NCBI GenBank assembly: GCA_051294375.1
Contig: CM119271.1
Location: 7,934,763 to 7,997,918, forward strand
DNA from: Paraspadella gotoi
Taxonomy: Eukaryota; Animalia; Chaetognatha
Direction: 5' to 3'
DNA: 63,156 nucleotides
Shown: piece by piece, positions 36,210 through 49,580 of the stretch
Numbering within the stretch: position 1 is the stretch's first letter
Layout of the letters: every line of letters begins with the position of its first letter
Program-made: the position numbers and the translations under genes
Notes under the pieces: model-generated
Seen by the model: only the letters and a program-made list of their open reading frames with translations
Told to the model about the DNA's origin: nothing
The model's database searches: none

Positions 36210-37531
36210 CTCATCACGTCATCAATCTATCATAAAACTAGGTTAAAGTCGGTATTTCGATCTTTTGGATCGATCGCGGTCGCATCATCACTCATCATTC
36301 ACATCTATCATCTCATATTCATATCTCAATATCATCAAGTCGTCATCCATCATCTATCATGAAATAGATTTAAAAACGTCTATCGATTGGACGATTTCGT
36401 GTCGCGTCATCATCATCTCATTAACCAACTACCGTTTGATTTGTCTTTTAGATCGTTTCGTCGCCGTATCCTCTTACTCGCTCTGTTTTGATGATACGTC
36501 GTACTATCTCGACCAAGGATAAAATTGATGAATGAAATTGACGGCGATTTTTTCAACGATCGAATCTTGGCGAAAAAAGGGAAGATCTGCTGCGGATTAT
36601 TCTTGTTTTTTTTTTTTTTTGCACCTGCGAAATCTTTTTAAAAAAAAATCTTCGGCATCTGAAGTTGAGCGGATTGAACGTGTGTTTGAATCCGAGGATC
36701 GAGTTTAAGAAGGATTTTGACGGCCGGGCCGCGATTCCGGGGGGTGGGGAGGTGCGTGGGAAATTTAGCAATCGCAGCTTAGCAACGAGAATTTAAAATG
36801 GTACCGAGAGCTTGTTCGGTGGCCCGCGAATGTTGATATTACTTATAACTACGTAGTTCTTTATATTTTTTAGTCTTAAATCGTCGTCGTCCGTCGACGT
36901 CATTATTCTTATATTGTCTTCGTCCGCGACGTCGCTCCGTCGCCACGCCCCACCGAGTCCGACAAAATGGCGAACCGAAGAGGATCAGAGTCGGAATTTT
37001 AAATTTTTTATTTCGCGCTCGTTCTGCAAAATTAAGAATTAAAAAAAAAAAGCTTTTTAGCATAATTAAGAACAAAACATAAATATAGTCGAAACAACCG
37101 ACTGACCATAAAAAAAAGGAAGTAGCCGAGCGGGCCCGTGGCTTTGAATATGCTTTTGAATAAAATGCGGAAAACAGAAATATACAAATTTCACTGTTTT
37201 GTATATTCATGAAAGAAAACATTCGTCGGGGTCGACGCATGCGTCTCGTCGTTCGTCGTCTTTGTTATCGTCTTTGTCTTTGTCATTTCGCCGCTGTCTT
37301 CGTCTACATCCTGTCTGCGTCGTATTGGTCGTCGTCTTCGTCGTCGTCTGTCGTCGTCTTTCGTTCGTCGTCGTCTTCATCGTGTCGTCCGTGAGTCGGG
37401 CGACAATCTTTTCCCGCCTGCCTTCTTGCCTACGAATGGCCCGAAGTGGAGAACACTCCTGGCGGCGACCGGCGGAAAACCAAAAAACGACACCGAGGCA
37501 GACAAAGAGCATCTTGGAGGGAGATCTTTGT

Positions 37532-37594
<63 letters not shown>

Positions 37595-39625
37595 AGAGAG
37601 AGGAGAGAGAGTGCAATTGGAGAGATAAGATAAATAGCAAGAGAGAGGACGGAAAGTAGGAGAAAGAGAAAAAGTAAAAGAGAGAGAGAGCAGAAAGAGA
37701 AAGCGCAGAGAAAGGAGAGAGGGAGAGAGAGAAGAAAGCAGAGAACAAGAGAGAAAGAGAGAAAGTGAGAGAGAGCGAGAGGCCGGCGGCCATAAATAAA
37801 AAGCGAAAATTATGGCGGAAACTTCATTCGGTGACGCGAAACCGATAAAATTTTTTGTGGAAAAAAGTGATTCTCCCCCTTGAAGCCCTGCTGGAGAAAA
37901 GGGGCTGGAGGAAAAAATTGAGGCTGTGAGAAAAAAGGAGGCTTAAGGAAAAAAAAAAAAAAAAAAAAGGGCCGGGGGCTTTTTAAGGGCAGCGAGACAT
38001 TTAAAACGGAGATAACGATTACGTCCGTTTATGGTTTATATCGTCAGTTTATTTAATCGAAAAGTTGTAATGATTTCGATATTAAAAGCAACTGAAGCCG
38101 ATTAAATATTTTCTTAAGAGGAAAGGTCATTCAGCATAAACAATACGTAATCATTGAGTATTAGAGCTATTAACATCGAGAAATTCATTATAATCATCAG
38201 TAACACAAAAAAATAAGTTTTTATTTATATGTAACTCTGTTTTTAATCATTTTTTTAAATGGATAAAATAACAAAATTGTTAAGTTAATGGGTAAGCACA
38301 TTTTTAAAGATTTGTTTTTCAATCTGGTTGTTAAAAAATTCTAGGTAAGAAGTTAAAACACGGTATGGGTTAATTTAAGAAGGGGTGAATTAAACAATTA
38401 ATCTCGTTACTCTGTTGGTTTTCCAGTCATGAACAAAATCTTCAGTAAAATAGATGGTAAAGAAATTCGAGCTACAATGAATCTAGCACTGAATTTGAAG
38501 AGTTGCAGCCTAAACGAACTGCAATAATATTGAATTAAAAATTTGATTAGGCAATCTTAAAAACATTTGTAAAAATGTAATAGAGAGACATTTTGATAAA
38601 CGCGTTCCAGTTAAGAAAAGAATTCAGGTTAAAGTTTAAAAATGTTTCATTTTCCAAGGATACAAGTTGAAATTTAAAAATGTCTCTCTATTACATTTTT
38701 CTAATTCAGTAATTAAAAATTCATAAAAAGTATCAGATGATTGGGCATTTTTCGTTTGACCTGCAACTCTTCAAGATAGGTTCTTTTATTTATATATATA
38801 TTAAAACGCGATATAAAATGGGGTAGAATGATCAAATATTTAAAGTGAATACATTTTCGGAATCGCCAGGATCTCAGCTTTCTGAATCTGTACTCCATTT
38901 TTGCCTATTTGAAGTTGAATTGAATGACCCTTTTTCTTAACATTACTTTACGCTGAAGAACTATTTTTTTAAAAATGTCAACTTGTAGGAAAAAAAAAAA
39001 TTGGTTTATTGAAAAAAAAAATGACGGTTTTATTCGCGACGGGGAAAATATAAAGCGGTCTCCTCTAAAACGCCAAAAACCAATTCTCGGAAATGCGATC
39101 AAAAAGGAACCAAAGACAGCGGAGAGTCCTCGAAAGTTGAAGAGGAGTATTTTTCTTTTATATTTTCAGAGTTCAAAGTTTTGAGTTTATTTTGGTACAG
39201 ATGCGTAGAAAAGTGGGATTTTTTTTTTTGGGGGGGGGTGGGTGATANNNNNNNNNNNNNNNNNNNNNNNNNATAGTGTGGATGGTGGAGTTAAAGAAGG
39301 TAGGTTATTCTTTTGTTTATTTATTTTTTCTTTGGTTGTTTTGTCCGGCAAACTATTCGTTATATTTTTACAAACTGAATATCAAACTATTCGTTCTTTT
39401 TTTTAGAAATTGACTCTCAAACTGTTTCGTTTCGACGTCGGTTCTCTTTCGATGCCATAGTTCCGAAGTAAGCGGGGGAAGGCCACCTACTTTCATGTAT
39501 CACTCGTTCCTCATGGGGCCTAATTTCTCGGAAATATAACCGCCTCGCCGCGACGGGGATCGAACTCTCGACCTTTCTCCTTCCTAACGCGGGAATTTCG
39601 CGTGGAGGCCAGTTTCGGAATCGCG

Positions 39626-39731
<106 letters not shown>

Positions 39732-40159
39732 TAAATGGGGCCTAAAGGGGGATATATGGACGCGCCATTCGGGTCGCAAAGGGGCAATCGGCCCCGCGGG
39801 GCACGGGGCCGAGTTTCGAGGGAAGGCCGTAATGTTTCGAGAACAGGGGGCTACCCTCGGCCGGGAAGGGTCGGCTCGTTAGGGCTAATGGCTCGGATGC
39901 CAGAAAGTGGGACACCGTGGAAAAGGTGAGTCATGGAGAGTAAGTGAGAATTTAAAATCGATGCAGGAGGTAAGAAACAATATATTTTTGACATACATTC
40001 TAATGAATTAAATTTCGGAATGGAACTTTCGGAATGGAACTTAAAAAGTGTTCGGGATTGCAATCTTTGACGTTTTGCGATTTCCATTTATTCCATTTTT
40101 AATCGTGGTTTAATTAGTGACAGTCATATTTTCCTCCAAATCACCCGCTATAAGAATTT

Positions 40160-40217
40160 AGGGCAAGATAGCCTATTTTTTAAACGAATGGATAATTTTT
40201 ATATGGTTGTACCAATT
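40160..40217 (-). mobile_element. Terminal fragment of repeat family 2
   Basis: gggcaagatagc...gaatggataatttttatatggttgtaccaat matches the family end. Confidence 0.55.
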
Positions 40218-40354
40218 TCCTATCGATATTCTTATTTTAATTTAGGCCTTTTCGTATTGTCCCGTTTAAAATCGCGTCCCTATCACACACGGGCACTACT
40301 ATTAATCTCGGCAATTGTCATTTCGTCATTGTGGCAATCGCCGACCTTTAGGGA

Positions 40355-40420
40355 TTGCGCCATTTTTCGAATCGGAACGGCGGCCATTTTTCTGATGACG
40401 TGGCACCACGTGGCGTCGAT
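40355..40420. promoter_or_regulatory. Promoter-like motif cluster (YY1-like GCCATTTT x2, TGACGT, CACGTG)
   Basis: cgccattttt, ggccattttt, tgacgtgg and ccacgtgg within ~60 bp. ETS-like ggaagt/acttccgg and G-runs lie downstream. Confidence 0.3.
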
Positions 40421-40972
40421 GTATATTTTCTCGCCGGTCACAACAGAGAGACGAGTTTAGTTTCACAGACGGAAAGTCCGATCGTTTTGGGGGGGGGTTG
40501 AGGGGGCGGAAGTGGGGGAGAGAAAGGAGGGGGGGTGGACCATGAACTTTAAAAAGAGGTCAAAGGAGGTGGGGGGGGGTTCGAGGGAAGGGGGGGGGGT
40601 CGCTTAACGAGACCGCGAAAGACGAACGGGCGATGAAGGGGGGGGGGGAAAACTTCCGGGACAGAAATGGCCATTTTTTTTTTTTTTTTTTTTTGANNNN
40701 NNNNNNNNNNNNNNNNNNNNNNNNNNNNNNNNNNNNNNNNNNNNNNNNNNNNNNNNNNNNNNNNNNNNNNNNNNNNNNNNNNNNNNNNNNNNNNNNNNNN
40801 NNNNNNNNNNNNNNNNNNNNNNNNNNNNNNNNNNNNNNNNNNNNNNNNNNNNNNNNNNNNNNNNTAAATTTCTTTAATTAGGCAACAGGGAAGGGAAAGC
40901 ATTTAAGATGTTATATAAGAAGTAATATTGGTGATATTAAGTCTGGGTTGTAGGTTAGTATAGGGGAATGGG

Positions 40973-41052
40973 AGAGTGAGAAAGGGAATCAAGAGAGGTG
41001 CAGTGAGAAAGGGAAATAAGAGAGGTGGAGTGAGAAAGGGAATCAAGAGAGG
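40973..41052 (+). repeat. Minisatellite, ~27-bp unit x3 (AGTGAGAAAGGGAATCAAGAGAGGTG)
   Basis: Three consecutive near-identical units. Confidence 0.8.
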
Positions 41053-41991
41053 AAGATTGAAAAGAATCTTTTTTTCTTTCGATGAAGACTTGATAGGAGC
41101 CGAGTAGAGGGGTAACTAAGAAAATCGAAAAAAAAGAAAATTAGAAGAAAAAATCAAAACGAGAAAAGGAATAAAAAAAGGGAACCAAAAATGAATTAAA
41201 AAAGAGAATGAAAAGAAAAAAAAAAGAAAAGGAGAAAGGGAAAGAAAAGTGAAATAAAGGGAGAGAAGGAAGGGAGAAAAATTAGTAAGACATGGAAGAA
41301 AGAAAAAAATTAAAGGGAGGAAAGTTGGGAAGATTGGAAAAAAAAGATTTCAAGAAAAACTTAAAAAGGAAAGTAAATTATAAAAATAAGAAAAAAAAAA
41401 AGAAATAAAAATCCAGCAAAAAAAAATTGTAAGAGAAAAAAAAAGAAAGAGAAATGAAAGTCGAAAGGAGGAAAGGAAAGAGAGAGAGAAGATTAGAAGA
41501 ATTTACGGTTCGGAAGCGTCTGCCTCCGCGACAGAACCTCCACAAAAACAACGACAACAACAACAACGACGACGAGGAAGACATCTGCCGAGCCTCCCTG
41601 ACGTTTTGCGGAGAAGAAAAGGAGATTAAGAAAGTATGAAACTAGCAATCAATCTTTTTTTTTGGGGGGGGGCTAAATAACACCCGCTGATGAATGTTAT
41701 ATTAGTTAAACATGAAATTGTAAAAGGCGAGTGGAGACAGATAAAATTTTTTGACTATGATATATTGGTTTCCCCCCCTTTTTTTAACAAACTTTTCAAA
41801 ACAAACTTTTTTATGCTTTTCTTTTTTTTGGATTCAAAATCCAACTTTACTGTCAAAGTTGTTTTTTTTTCCTGTTTAGAAGCTCCAGTTTTGGTTGACA
41901 TTTTTTTTTTCACTTCAAAACAAAACTAAACAGCTGCAACCGCAAAGACTAACAAAAAGAGAAATTCATTTAGAAAATGTTAAAGGAAAAC

Positions 41992-42026
<35 letters not shown>

Positions 42027-42591
42027 NNNNNNNNNNNNNNNNNNNNNNNNNNNNNNNNNNNNNNNNNNNNNNNNNNNNNNNNNNNNNNNNNNNNNNNNNN
42101 NNNNNNNNNNNNNNNNNNNNNNNNNNNNNNNNNNNNNNNNNNNNNNNNNNNNNNNNNNNNNNNNNNNNNNNNNNNNNNNNNNNNNNNNNNNNNNNNNNNN
42201 NNNNNNNNNNNNNNNNNNNNNNNNNNNNNNNNNNNNNNNNNNNNNNNNNNNNNNNNNNNNNNNNNNNNNNNNNNNNNNNNNNNNNNNNNNNNNNNNNNNN
42301 NNNNNNNNNNNNNNNNNNNNNNNNNNNNNNNNNNNNNNNNNNNNNNNNNNNNNNNNNNNNNNNNNNNNNNNNNNNNNNNNNNNNNNNNNNNNNNNNNNNN
42401 NNNNNNNNNNNNNNNNNNNNNNNNNNNNNNNNNNNNNNNNNNNNNNNNNNNNNNNNNNNNNNNNNNNNNNNNNNNNNNNNNNNNNNNNNNNNNNNNTAAG
42501 TTTTGATACATAATATAAGAGCAATGCTCTTTGCAGTAAAGAGATGACCTCAAAATTAATGATCTCTGTTTTTTTCTTACTTAAAAACAAG

Positions 42592-42940
42592 AACAAGAAC
42601 GGTAATTCAAAAATGTTGCGCCGCAGTGACTGCCTTATCACGTGTATTTCTCGTTACATGACATGACATAACATGACATGTCATGACAACATGATTACAA
42701 TAACTTTCTTAGCCCGTGCATTTATGACACACACTGCATCTTTATAGTTTTAGGATTTCCTGAAGGCGGCGCTAGCAGTCCCTTAGATTTGAGGTTTTTT
42801 CCTATCTTAACAAATGAGCAAGCAACATGCATTATACAAGATATGAACATTTTTAACTTAATGAGGACAGACCGACGGACTGACATACCGACATACCGAC
42901 AGACCGACCGAAAAGAAAGTACTCGCGGAGCAACTAAAAA
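42592..42940 (+). mobile_element. Copy of repeat family 1
   Basis: aacaagaacggtaattc...taggatttcctgaaggcggcgctag...gaccgaccgaaaa...cggagcaactaaaaa. Confidence 0.75.
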
Positions 42941-43172
42941 GTCGCTGGAATCTGATCTAAGTAAATGAATTAAGGTTTAGTAGGATTTTTTTTGTCATTA
43001 ATTTTCTCGAATTACTCTCTCTCTCTCTCTCACTCTCTCTCTCTCCATCCCTCTCCATCACCGAGAGCGAGTGACATCATTTAGTTAATATCCTCCCCCC
43101 CTCTCTCTAATCTGTTTCAAACTGTTCCCGTTGAAACATTCTTACAGCTTTAAGAAAGGACAACATCATTTG

Positions 43173-43290
<118 letters not shown>

Positions 43291-44029
43291 AAGCTGCGAT
43301 AAAAAGACTGTAAAACGGAGAGAGACCTAGTGAGTCTAAAGAGAAAGTTAAAGACAAATATCGAGCTGACAAAGACGTCGAGGGAGCAAGAAAGGGACCA
43401 AGAGATGACAAAGAGACAAAGAGACAAATACAGTCGGCGAGGGACAAAGAGATGACAAAGAAACAAAGAGACAAATATAGTCGACGAGGGACCAAGAGAG
43501 GGACAAAGAGATGACAAAGAGACAAAGAGAGCTAAATACAAATTAGATTAAATTTTCAGCACATAGTTCTGTTCCAAGTTACAAAAATACAATAATACAT
43601 TATTACAAATACATTACTATCAATCTCCATTCTCACGTACTCCTCTTTTTCTTTGTTCCCAAGAGGGCGGGTAAGTTCCGAACAAAGTTCGCTTAACTCT
43701 CAAGACTTTTCTCTTCCTTTTCTCTACTTCAAACGATTGATGGAATCTTTCCCGAAATCTCGACGGGAAGAACAATTCACGGTTCAGTCTGAGAACGTCA
43801 CGTGATTTTTACCTTTTTATGGTAATATGTTTTCGACCAACGACGACCAATGAAGACCATCGATGACAAACAACGACCAGCGACCATCAGAGACGACCAA
43901 CGACGACCAACGACAACGACAACGACAGCTTTCGCTTTGTTTGTTCCCCCAAAATCCCCAATCATCCGACGGTAAATCGAAGGCTTAAGCATCTTTCTTT
44001 CTCCCTGGTCGAGGATCCTAGCCCACGGC

Positions 44030-44064
<35 letters not shown>

Positions 44065-44591
44065 CACAGAAGAGAAGAAAAGGAGATGTGAAGAAACAAG
44101 AAATTCATTAACGCGACGTCTTCTTCGTTCTTGGCCGTCGTTGTTGTTGTCGTTGTTGTTGTTGTTGTCGTTGTTGTTGTCATGAAGCATTTTTCTTGTT
44201 CACTGCGTAATCAAACTCGACAACTCGACTCAATGACACAAAGTTTCTCTGCGCGTTCATCGTTTTTACTGCAATAATATTTTTTTTCTAATTTGTAAAA
44301 GATAGAAGATAAATGATGATTTCTAAAAGATACGTAACAAATGTCGGTGGATGGTTGGTTCCAAAATTATTACAAAAAAACTAAAACGAAAACAATAACA
44401 AAGATGATAATAAAGCAATAGATGAAGAGGCCGTATATTCGTGTTGATTATCCGTGCAAAAAAAGACTTGTTTATTTTGAGTTCGGTATTCGAATGCTCG
44501 CAATATGCAATCCCTCAATAACTATCTGCAATGTGCCACTACCAGCGATCCGTCGACTTTAATTTGCAACTAAATAAGAAAGAAACCCATT

Positions 44592-44634
<43 letters not shown>

Positions 44635-44869
44635 TCCCCCCGACCGCGGTCTTCCCTCATTATCCTCCGTTTTTTTGTTGATCTCATCAAAAATTCGAAT
44701 TTTCTATCGAAAAACAAAATAAAAGATGAATAATAAAAAGAATAAAAGAATAAAAATAGACGTAAAAGTAAAAAAAAGAAATGTTGTCGCCGCCAAAATT
44801 TTTCTTTCCTATTTATCTTCATCGTCTTCGTTATTTTCTTCCCGTCGAACGAAAAAGAAGAAAAAAAAA

Positions 44870-45579
44870 GGATGTTGTCTTCGTTGTGGTCGTCATCGTT
44901 GTCGTCGTCTTAGTTGTCGTCATCGTTCTCGTTGCCCGTCGTATTTGTCATCGTTGTTGTCGTCTTCGTGGTTGTCTTCATCATAGTCGTTGTCTTTGTC
45001 ATTGTATTCGAGTTCTTCGTTCTCTTCGCCGTCGTCTTCTTTGTCGTGGTCCGTTATCGTCGTCGTTGTTGGCTTTGTTTTCTTCGTTCTCCTCTTGACT
45101 TGACTTGACTTGACATGACTTGACAGGCGTTCGTCCTACGAGGGACTGCCTCACTCATCGTCATCTTCTTGGTCGTCGTCCTCGTCGTTATAGATTTCGT
45201 CTTGGTCTTTGTCTTCGTCGTATTCGTCTTCGTCATTTTCAATGTCTTTGTCTTCTTTGTTATCATCATCATCGTCATTACTGTTTCTGTCCTCGTTGTC
45301 GTCATCTTCATCTTCATCTTCATTGTCTTCAATGTCGAGGTCTTTGTTGTCTTTGTCTTCTTCGTTATCATCATCATTATCATTGTCGACATCCTCATCG
45401 TCATTACTATCTCTGTCCTCGTCATCGTCGTCTTCATCTTCGTCTTCGTCTTCGTCATTTTCAATGTCTTTGTCTTCTTCGTTATCATCGTCGTTATCGT
45501 CGTCATCGTCGTCGACATCCTCATCGTCATTACTGTCTCCGTCTCTGTCGTCGTCGTCGTCGTCTTCATCATCTTTTTC
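44870..45579. repeat. Degenerate trinucleotide (GTC/ATC/TTC) low-complexity tract with internal repeats
   Basis: Several overlapping low-complexity ORFs. The internal blocks 'cgtcattttcaatgtctttgtcttc' and 'cgacatcctcatcgtcattact' each occur twice. Confidence 0.85.
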
Positions 45580-47281
45580 TCAAATCGCAATGTTTTTTCT
45601 CATGGTAATGATGGAAGAAGACGTATTTCTTTTGGATGTTAATGTTATTGCGGTTAAAAAGTTAGAAGTTGTTTCAGTCGTTGGCAGCAGTTTTTTGTTG
45701 TTGTTGTTTTTTTTTTTGTGGTTAGATGCATAATGCAGTTTGATTAGGCGGAGCGGAGTGCGTCATTATTAATATGTATGTACTTCATTAATAAAACCAT
45801 GTTATAATAGCCAACCGAATTATGCATTGAGAAATGTTAGCTGACACCTCCTTTCAACACCGGTCGCAAACGATATGATTATTTAATTTTTTTGGGATTG
45901 TTAATAACTTTTTCCACCTTGAAAACCGAGAAGAAAATCACGAGAGAAGATGAATAAATTTTAGTATACTGAGAATGAAAAAACACAACTGTCAATGACA
46001 ATAGCAGACGACCAGAAATGATGACGAAGATGACAACGGGACGAACGAAGATGACGTCAACGAAGAAAACCAAATCCATTTTAGACATGAGATTCTCATT
46101 GAGAAATTCAATAAATTTTTTTTTTCCCCCGTCAGGTTTGTTGCGCTTATAACTGTCTTTCCTCTTTTACAAGAATCTGCGTCGAAACACTCTCTTATTT
46201 TCGAGTCGCTGAAGGCATCTGTAACGTATATTCTTGTCGGTCGTCGTCGTCGTCGGTCTGTCGTCGTCGTCGTCGGTCTCCTCTTCTTCTCCTAAATGAG
46301 TTCTCCAAATTTTCCAAGGAAAAGTTGAGGAGACGAGCAGATGTTGAGACACCTGGTCTTTTCTTTGTTTTCGCTTTCATAATATGAAAACTCTTAATTA
46401 TAAGCCTCCTTCTCTCTCTCATCTCTCTCTCTCGTCTCTCTCTCTCTCCTCTCTCTCTCTCTTCCTCATCCTCTCTGCGTCTTCTACGTCTCTCTCTGTT
46501 CTCTTAGCATAATGGTCGGCTCAGTATCTCTTCACTCTGCCCCACCGTCCGTAATGGGAATCTAAGGATTCTTTTGGAAGTTGAAACTTTCATTTCCCCC
46601 CGAACCTCTGGGTTCTTTAGTATGGATCTTTCCACTCCTCCTCCTCCTCCTCACTCCTCCTCTTTCTCTCCTCACTTTCTCTCGGTGTCCCAACCCCTTA
46701 TGGTCACCACCTTCTTCGCTTTCTGGCACGTTAAGAAGCCGATCAAATGTCCTCGAGCAGTTGTGACATCCAGACACAAAAAATTTTTATGATATTTCTC
46801 CCGCCGTCTTAGTTGTCAGACGTGTGTGTGTGAATAAACCCGCCCAACGTTGCCCATAACAGATACAGGCCATGTTTTCGTCTCCCCTGGCCCATGGAAG
46901 GCCACGAAAAAATGCGTAAGAGAAGAGAGAGAGACGAGAGAGAGAGCAGAGAGAGAGACAGAGAAAGAGAGGAGAGAGAGAGACACGCGCTTAACCGAGG
47001 AAGAAAGCAGTCGATGTTTTATCCGGATAATGTTTCTTTCGAGATAATGTTTTTTATCGGCCTTATTTATTGTCCGCCGTTCGCCTTAAATCGATCCGGC
47101 GGCAATTTAAAGGCTTCCCTCTCGGCGGGGGGAAGGTAAAAAGTCGAGAACTTGAAAATTTCGAAAAATAACTGTTTGGCGGGGAATGGGGCGAGTGAGT
47201 TGAAAAATGACGAGAGGTTCAAATGTTTTAAGCTTTTCACGTTTTAAATTAGTAGCGTGTGAAGAAATATTATACCACTTC

Positions 47282-47480
47282 ATTGATAGGGAAGCCAGGT
47301 ATTTTGGGAGTGAATAAACGAGACTGTGAGAGAGTCTTGATTGAAAGCTTGCAGGGACCTGCTATGTCATTTTCTTGTAAGAGTGATGGAGGCCTTAAAC
47401 CACCAAAGCCTGTCCAAAGTCCGGGTCAAGATAGTATATTTATTAAATGAATGAATAATTTTTATATTGGTTGTACCAAT
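47282..47480 (-). mobile_element. Full copy of repeat family 2
   Basis: attgatagggaagccagg...tatattggttgtaccaat, 199 bp. A second, partial end follows at about 47610-47670. Confidence 0.7.
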
Positions 47481-48477
47481 CTAACATAATGGTGTTGCAA
47501 ACGTCATTGGCTCCACTTTTCTTTCTCCAAGTGACCTTTTCATTTGTCTTTGTTCTTGTCCACGTGTCAAATTTTGAGTATGTTAGAGCGTAAGACCCTC
47601 TTTTTGTCACCATCAGGGACAAGATAGCTTATTAATTGAATGAATGAGTAATTATTATATTGGTGCCAATTTGGTGGTACCCGTTTAATAAGCCATTTCG
47701 TGATATCGTGATATTTACGGAATCCCAAATTTCATTTTCTTATTGCCTTCATCCACCGACCATCTTCTCCCCATGTAAGACATGGAAGAATGAAAGAAAT
47801 TAAGGAGGAAAGTTGGAAGATTGGAAAAAAAAGATTTCAGAAAAACTTAAAAAGGAAAGTAAATTATAAAATAAGAAAAAAAAAAGAAATAAAAATCCAG
47901 CAAAAAAAAAATTGTAAGAGAAAAAAAAAGAAAGAGAAATGAAAGTCGAAAGAGGAAAGGAAAGAGAGGAGAGAAGATTAGAAGAATTTACGGTTCGGAA
48001 GCGTCTGCCTCCGCGACAGAACCTCCACAACAACAACGACGACAACAACAACGACGACGAGGAAGACATCTGCCCGAGCCTCCTGACGTTTTGCGGAGAA
48101 GAAAAGGAGATTAAGAAAGAGTATGAAACTAGCAATCAATCTTTTTTTTTTGGGGGGGGGGGCTAAATAACACCCGCTGATGAATGTTATATTAGTTTAA
48201 AACATGAAATTGTAAAAGGCGAGTGGAGACAGATAAAATTTTTTGACTATTATATATTGGTTTCCCCCCCTTTTTTTAACAAACTTTTAAAACAAACTTT
48301 TTATGCTTTTCTTTTTTTTTGGATCAAAATCCAACTTTACTGGTCAAAGTTGTTTTTTTTTTAGGGAAGCTCCAGTTTGTGGTTGACATTTTTTTTTCAC
48401 TTCAAAACAAACTAACAGCTGCAACCGCAAAGACTAACAAAAGAGAAATTCATTTAGAAAATTGCTTAAAGGAAAAC

Positions 48478-48520
<43 letters not shown>

Positions 48521-48988
48521 AAAGCGATAATGTTTTACGTCTTCTCTTGACGTCAATGAGGGAAGAAGAAGACTTATTAAGTCAAAAAATAAGCCAATGA
48601 TTAAGTACAATACCATAAAAAAAAATGACAGATGCTATCGAGGCTCACCGTTCGATAGGCTATTTTTCCGAAGGCAATTTTTATTTCGGTAAGAATTGGA
48701 AAGATGTGTACGTAAGTTGACATTGTAGCAATTATGACCACGTTGACTTTCAGTCTTGTCTACAAATTGAATTTAAAAAAAAAACAGGGAATTATTTTTA
48801 AATTTTATTATGCGCCCTTTATCCAAGTTAATTTTCACAATACGTTTTATGGAACCGAACTAAAACATTCCATTACTATTACATCCATTGCACTGTCAAA
48901 TACAATAAGCGGACCCAATGTATTTTATTGCCAATTTTCGCAGTGAAATAGCGGGATAAAAAGGGAAGGCCAAGGGGAGAGAGAGAGA

Positions 48989-49038
<50 letters not shown>

Positions 49039-49208
49039 AAATGAGAGGGAGTCAAGAAAAATTGAGACAGAGAAATTCTATAAAATACTGAAAGATAGGA
49101 AGAAAGGGTCGTTAAATAAGTTTGATACATAATATGAGAGCAATGGCACTTTGCAGTAAAGAGATGACCTAAAAATTAATGATCTATTTTTTTCTAGTTA
49201 AAAAAAAG

Positions 49209-49580
49209 ACAAGAACGGTAATTCAAATGTGTTGCGCCGCAAGACTGCCTTATCACGTGCATTTTTCGTGACATGATATGACATGATGTGACATGTCATG
49301 ACTACATGATTACAATAACTTTCTTAGCCCGTGTATTTAGAACATACTGCATCCGAATTTCTTCTTTTATTCTTTATAGTTTTAGGATTTCCTGAAGGCG
49401 GCGCTAGCAGTCCTTAGATTGAGGTTTTTTCCTATCTAACAAATGAGCAAGCAACTATATGCATTATGCAAGATATGAGCATTTTTATACTTAAGGGGGA
49501 CAGCCGACGACTGACGTACCCACAGACGACCGAAAAGTGACTTATAGAGTTGCTCCGAGTACTCCGCGGAGCAACTAAAA
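49209..49580 (+). mobile_element. Copy of repeat family 1 (duplicate of 42592..42940 within the tandem duplication)
   Basis: Same sequence, with a complete 10-bp terminal hairpin AGTTGCTCCG (49548-49557) / CGGAGCAACT (49567-49576). Confidence 0.75.

Larger units (their letters stand above)
27501..38142 (+). repeat. Direct copies 3 (27675..~33924) and 4 (33941..~38142) of the XK-like locus; 27501..27673 is a further copy of the unit's 3' end
   Basis: The same landmark sequences recur, e.g. 'aaaatggtaccagagcttg' near 20506, 32529 and 36796, and 'ggccggcggccataaataaaaagcg' near 27567, 33535 and 37781. Confidence 0.95.

Noticed and set aside
43370-43535. Short repeated units (GACAAAGAGA-based) resembling a CRISPR-like array
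   Set aside because: Degenerate purine-rich minisatellite with no constant repeat/unique spacer structure and no cas genes, in a eukaryotic context.
47320-47355. Penelope-type minimal hammerhead look-alike in repeat family 2 (CTGTGAG...GAAAGCTTGCAG)
   Set aside because: It lacks the conserved A of CUGA and stem II is implausibly short. Not supportable without a model search.
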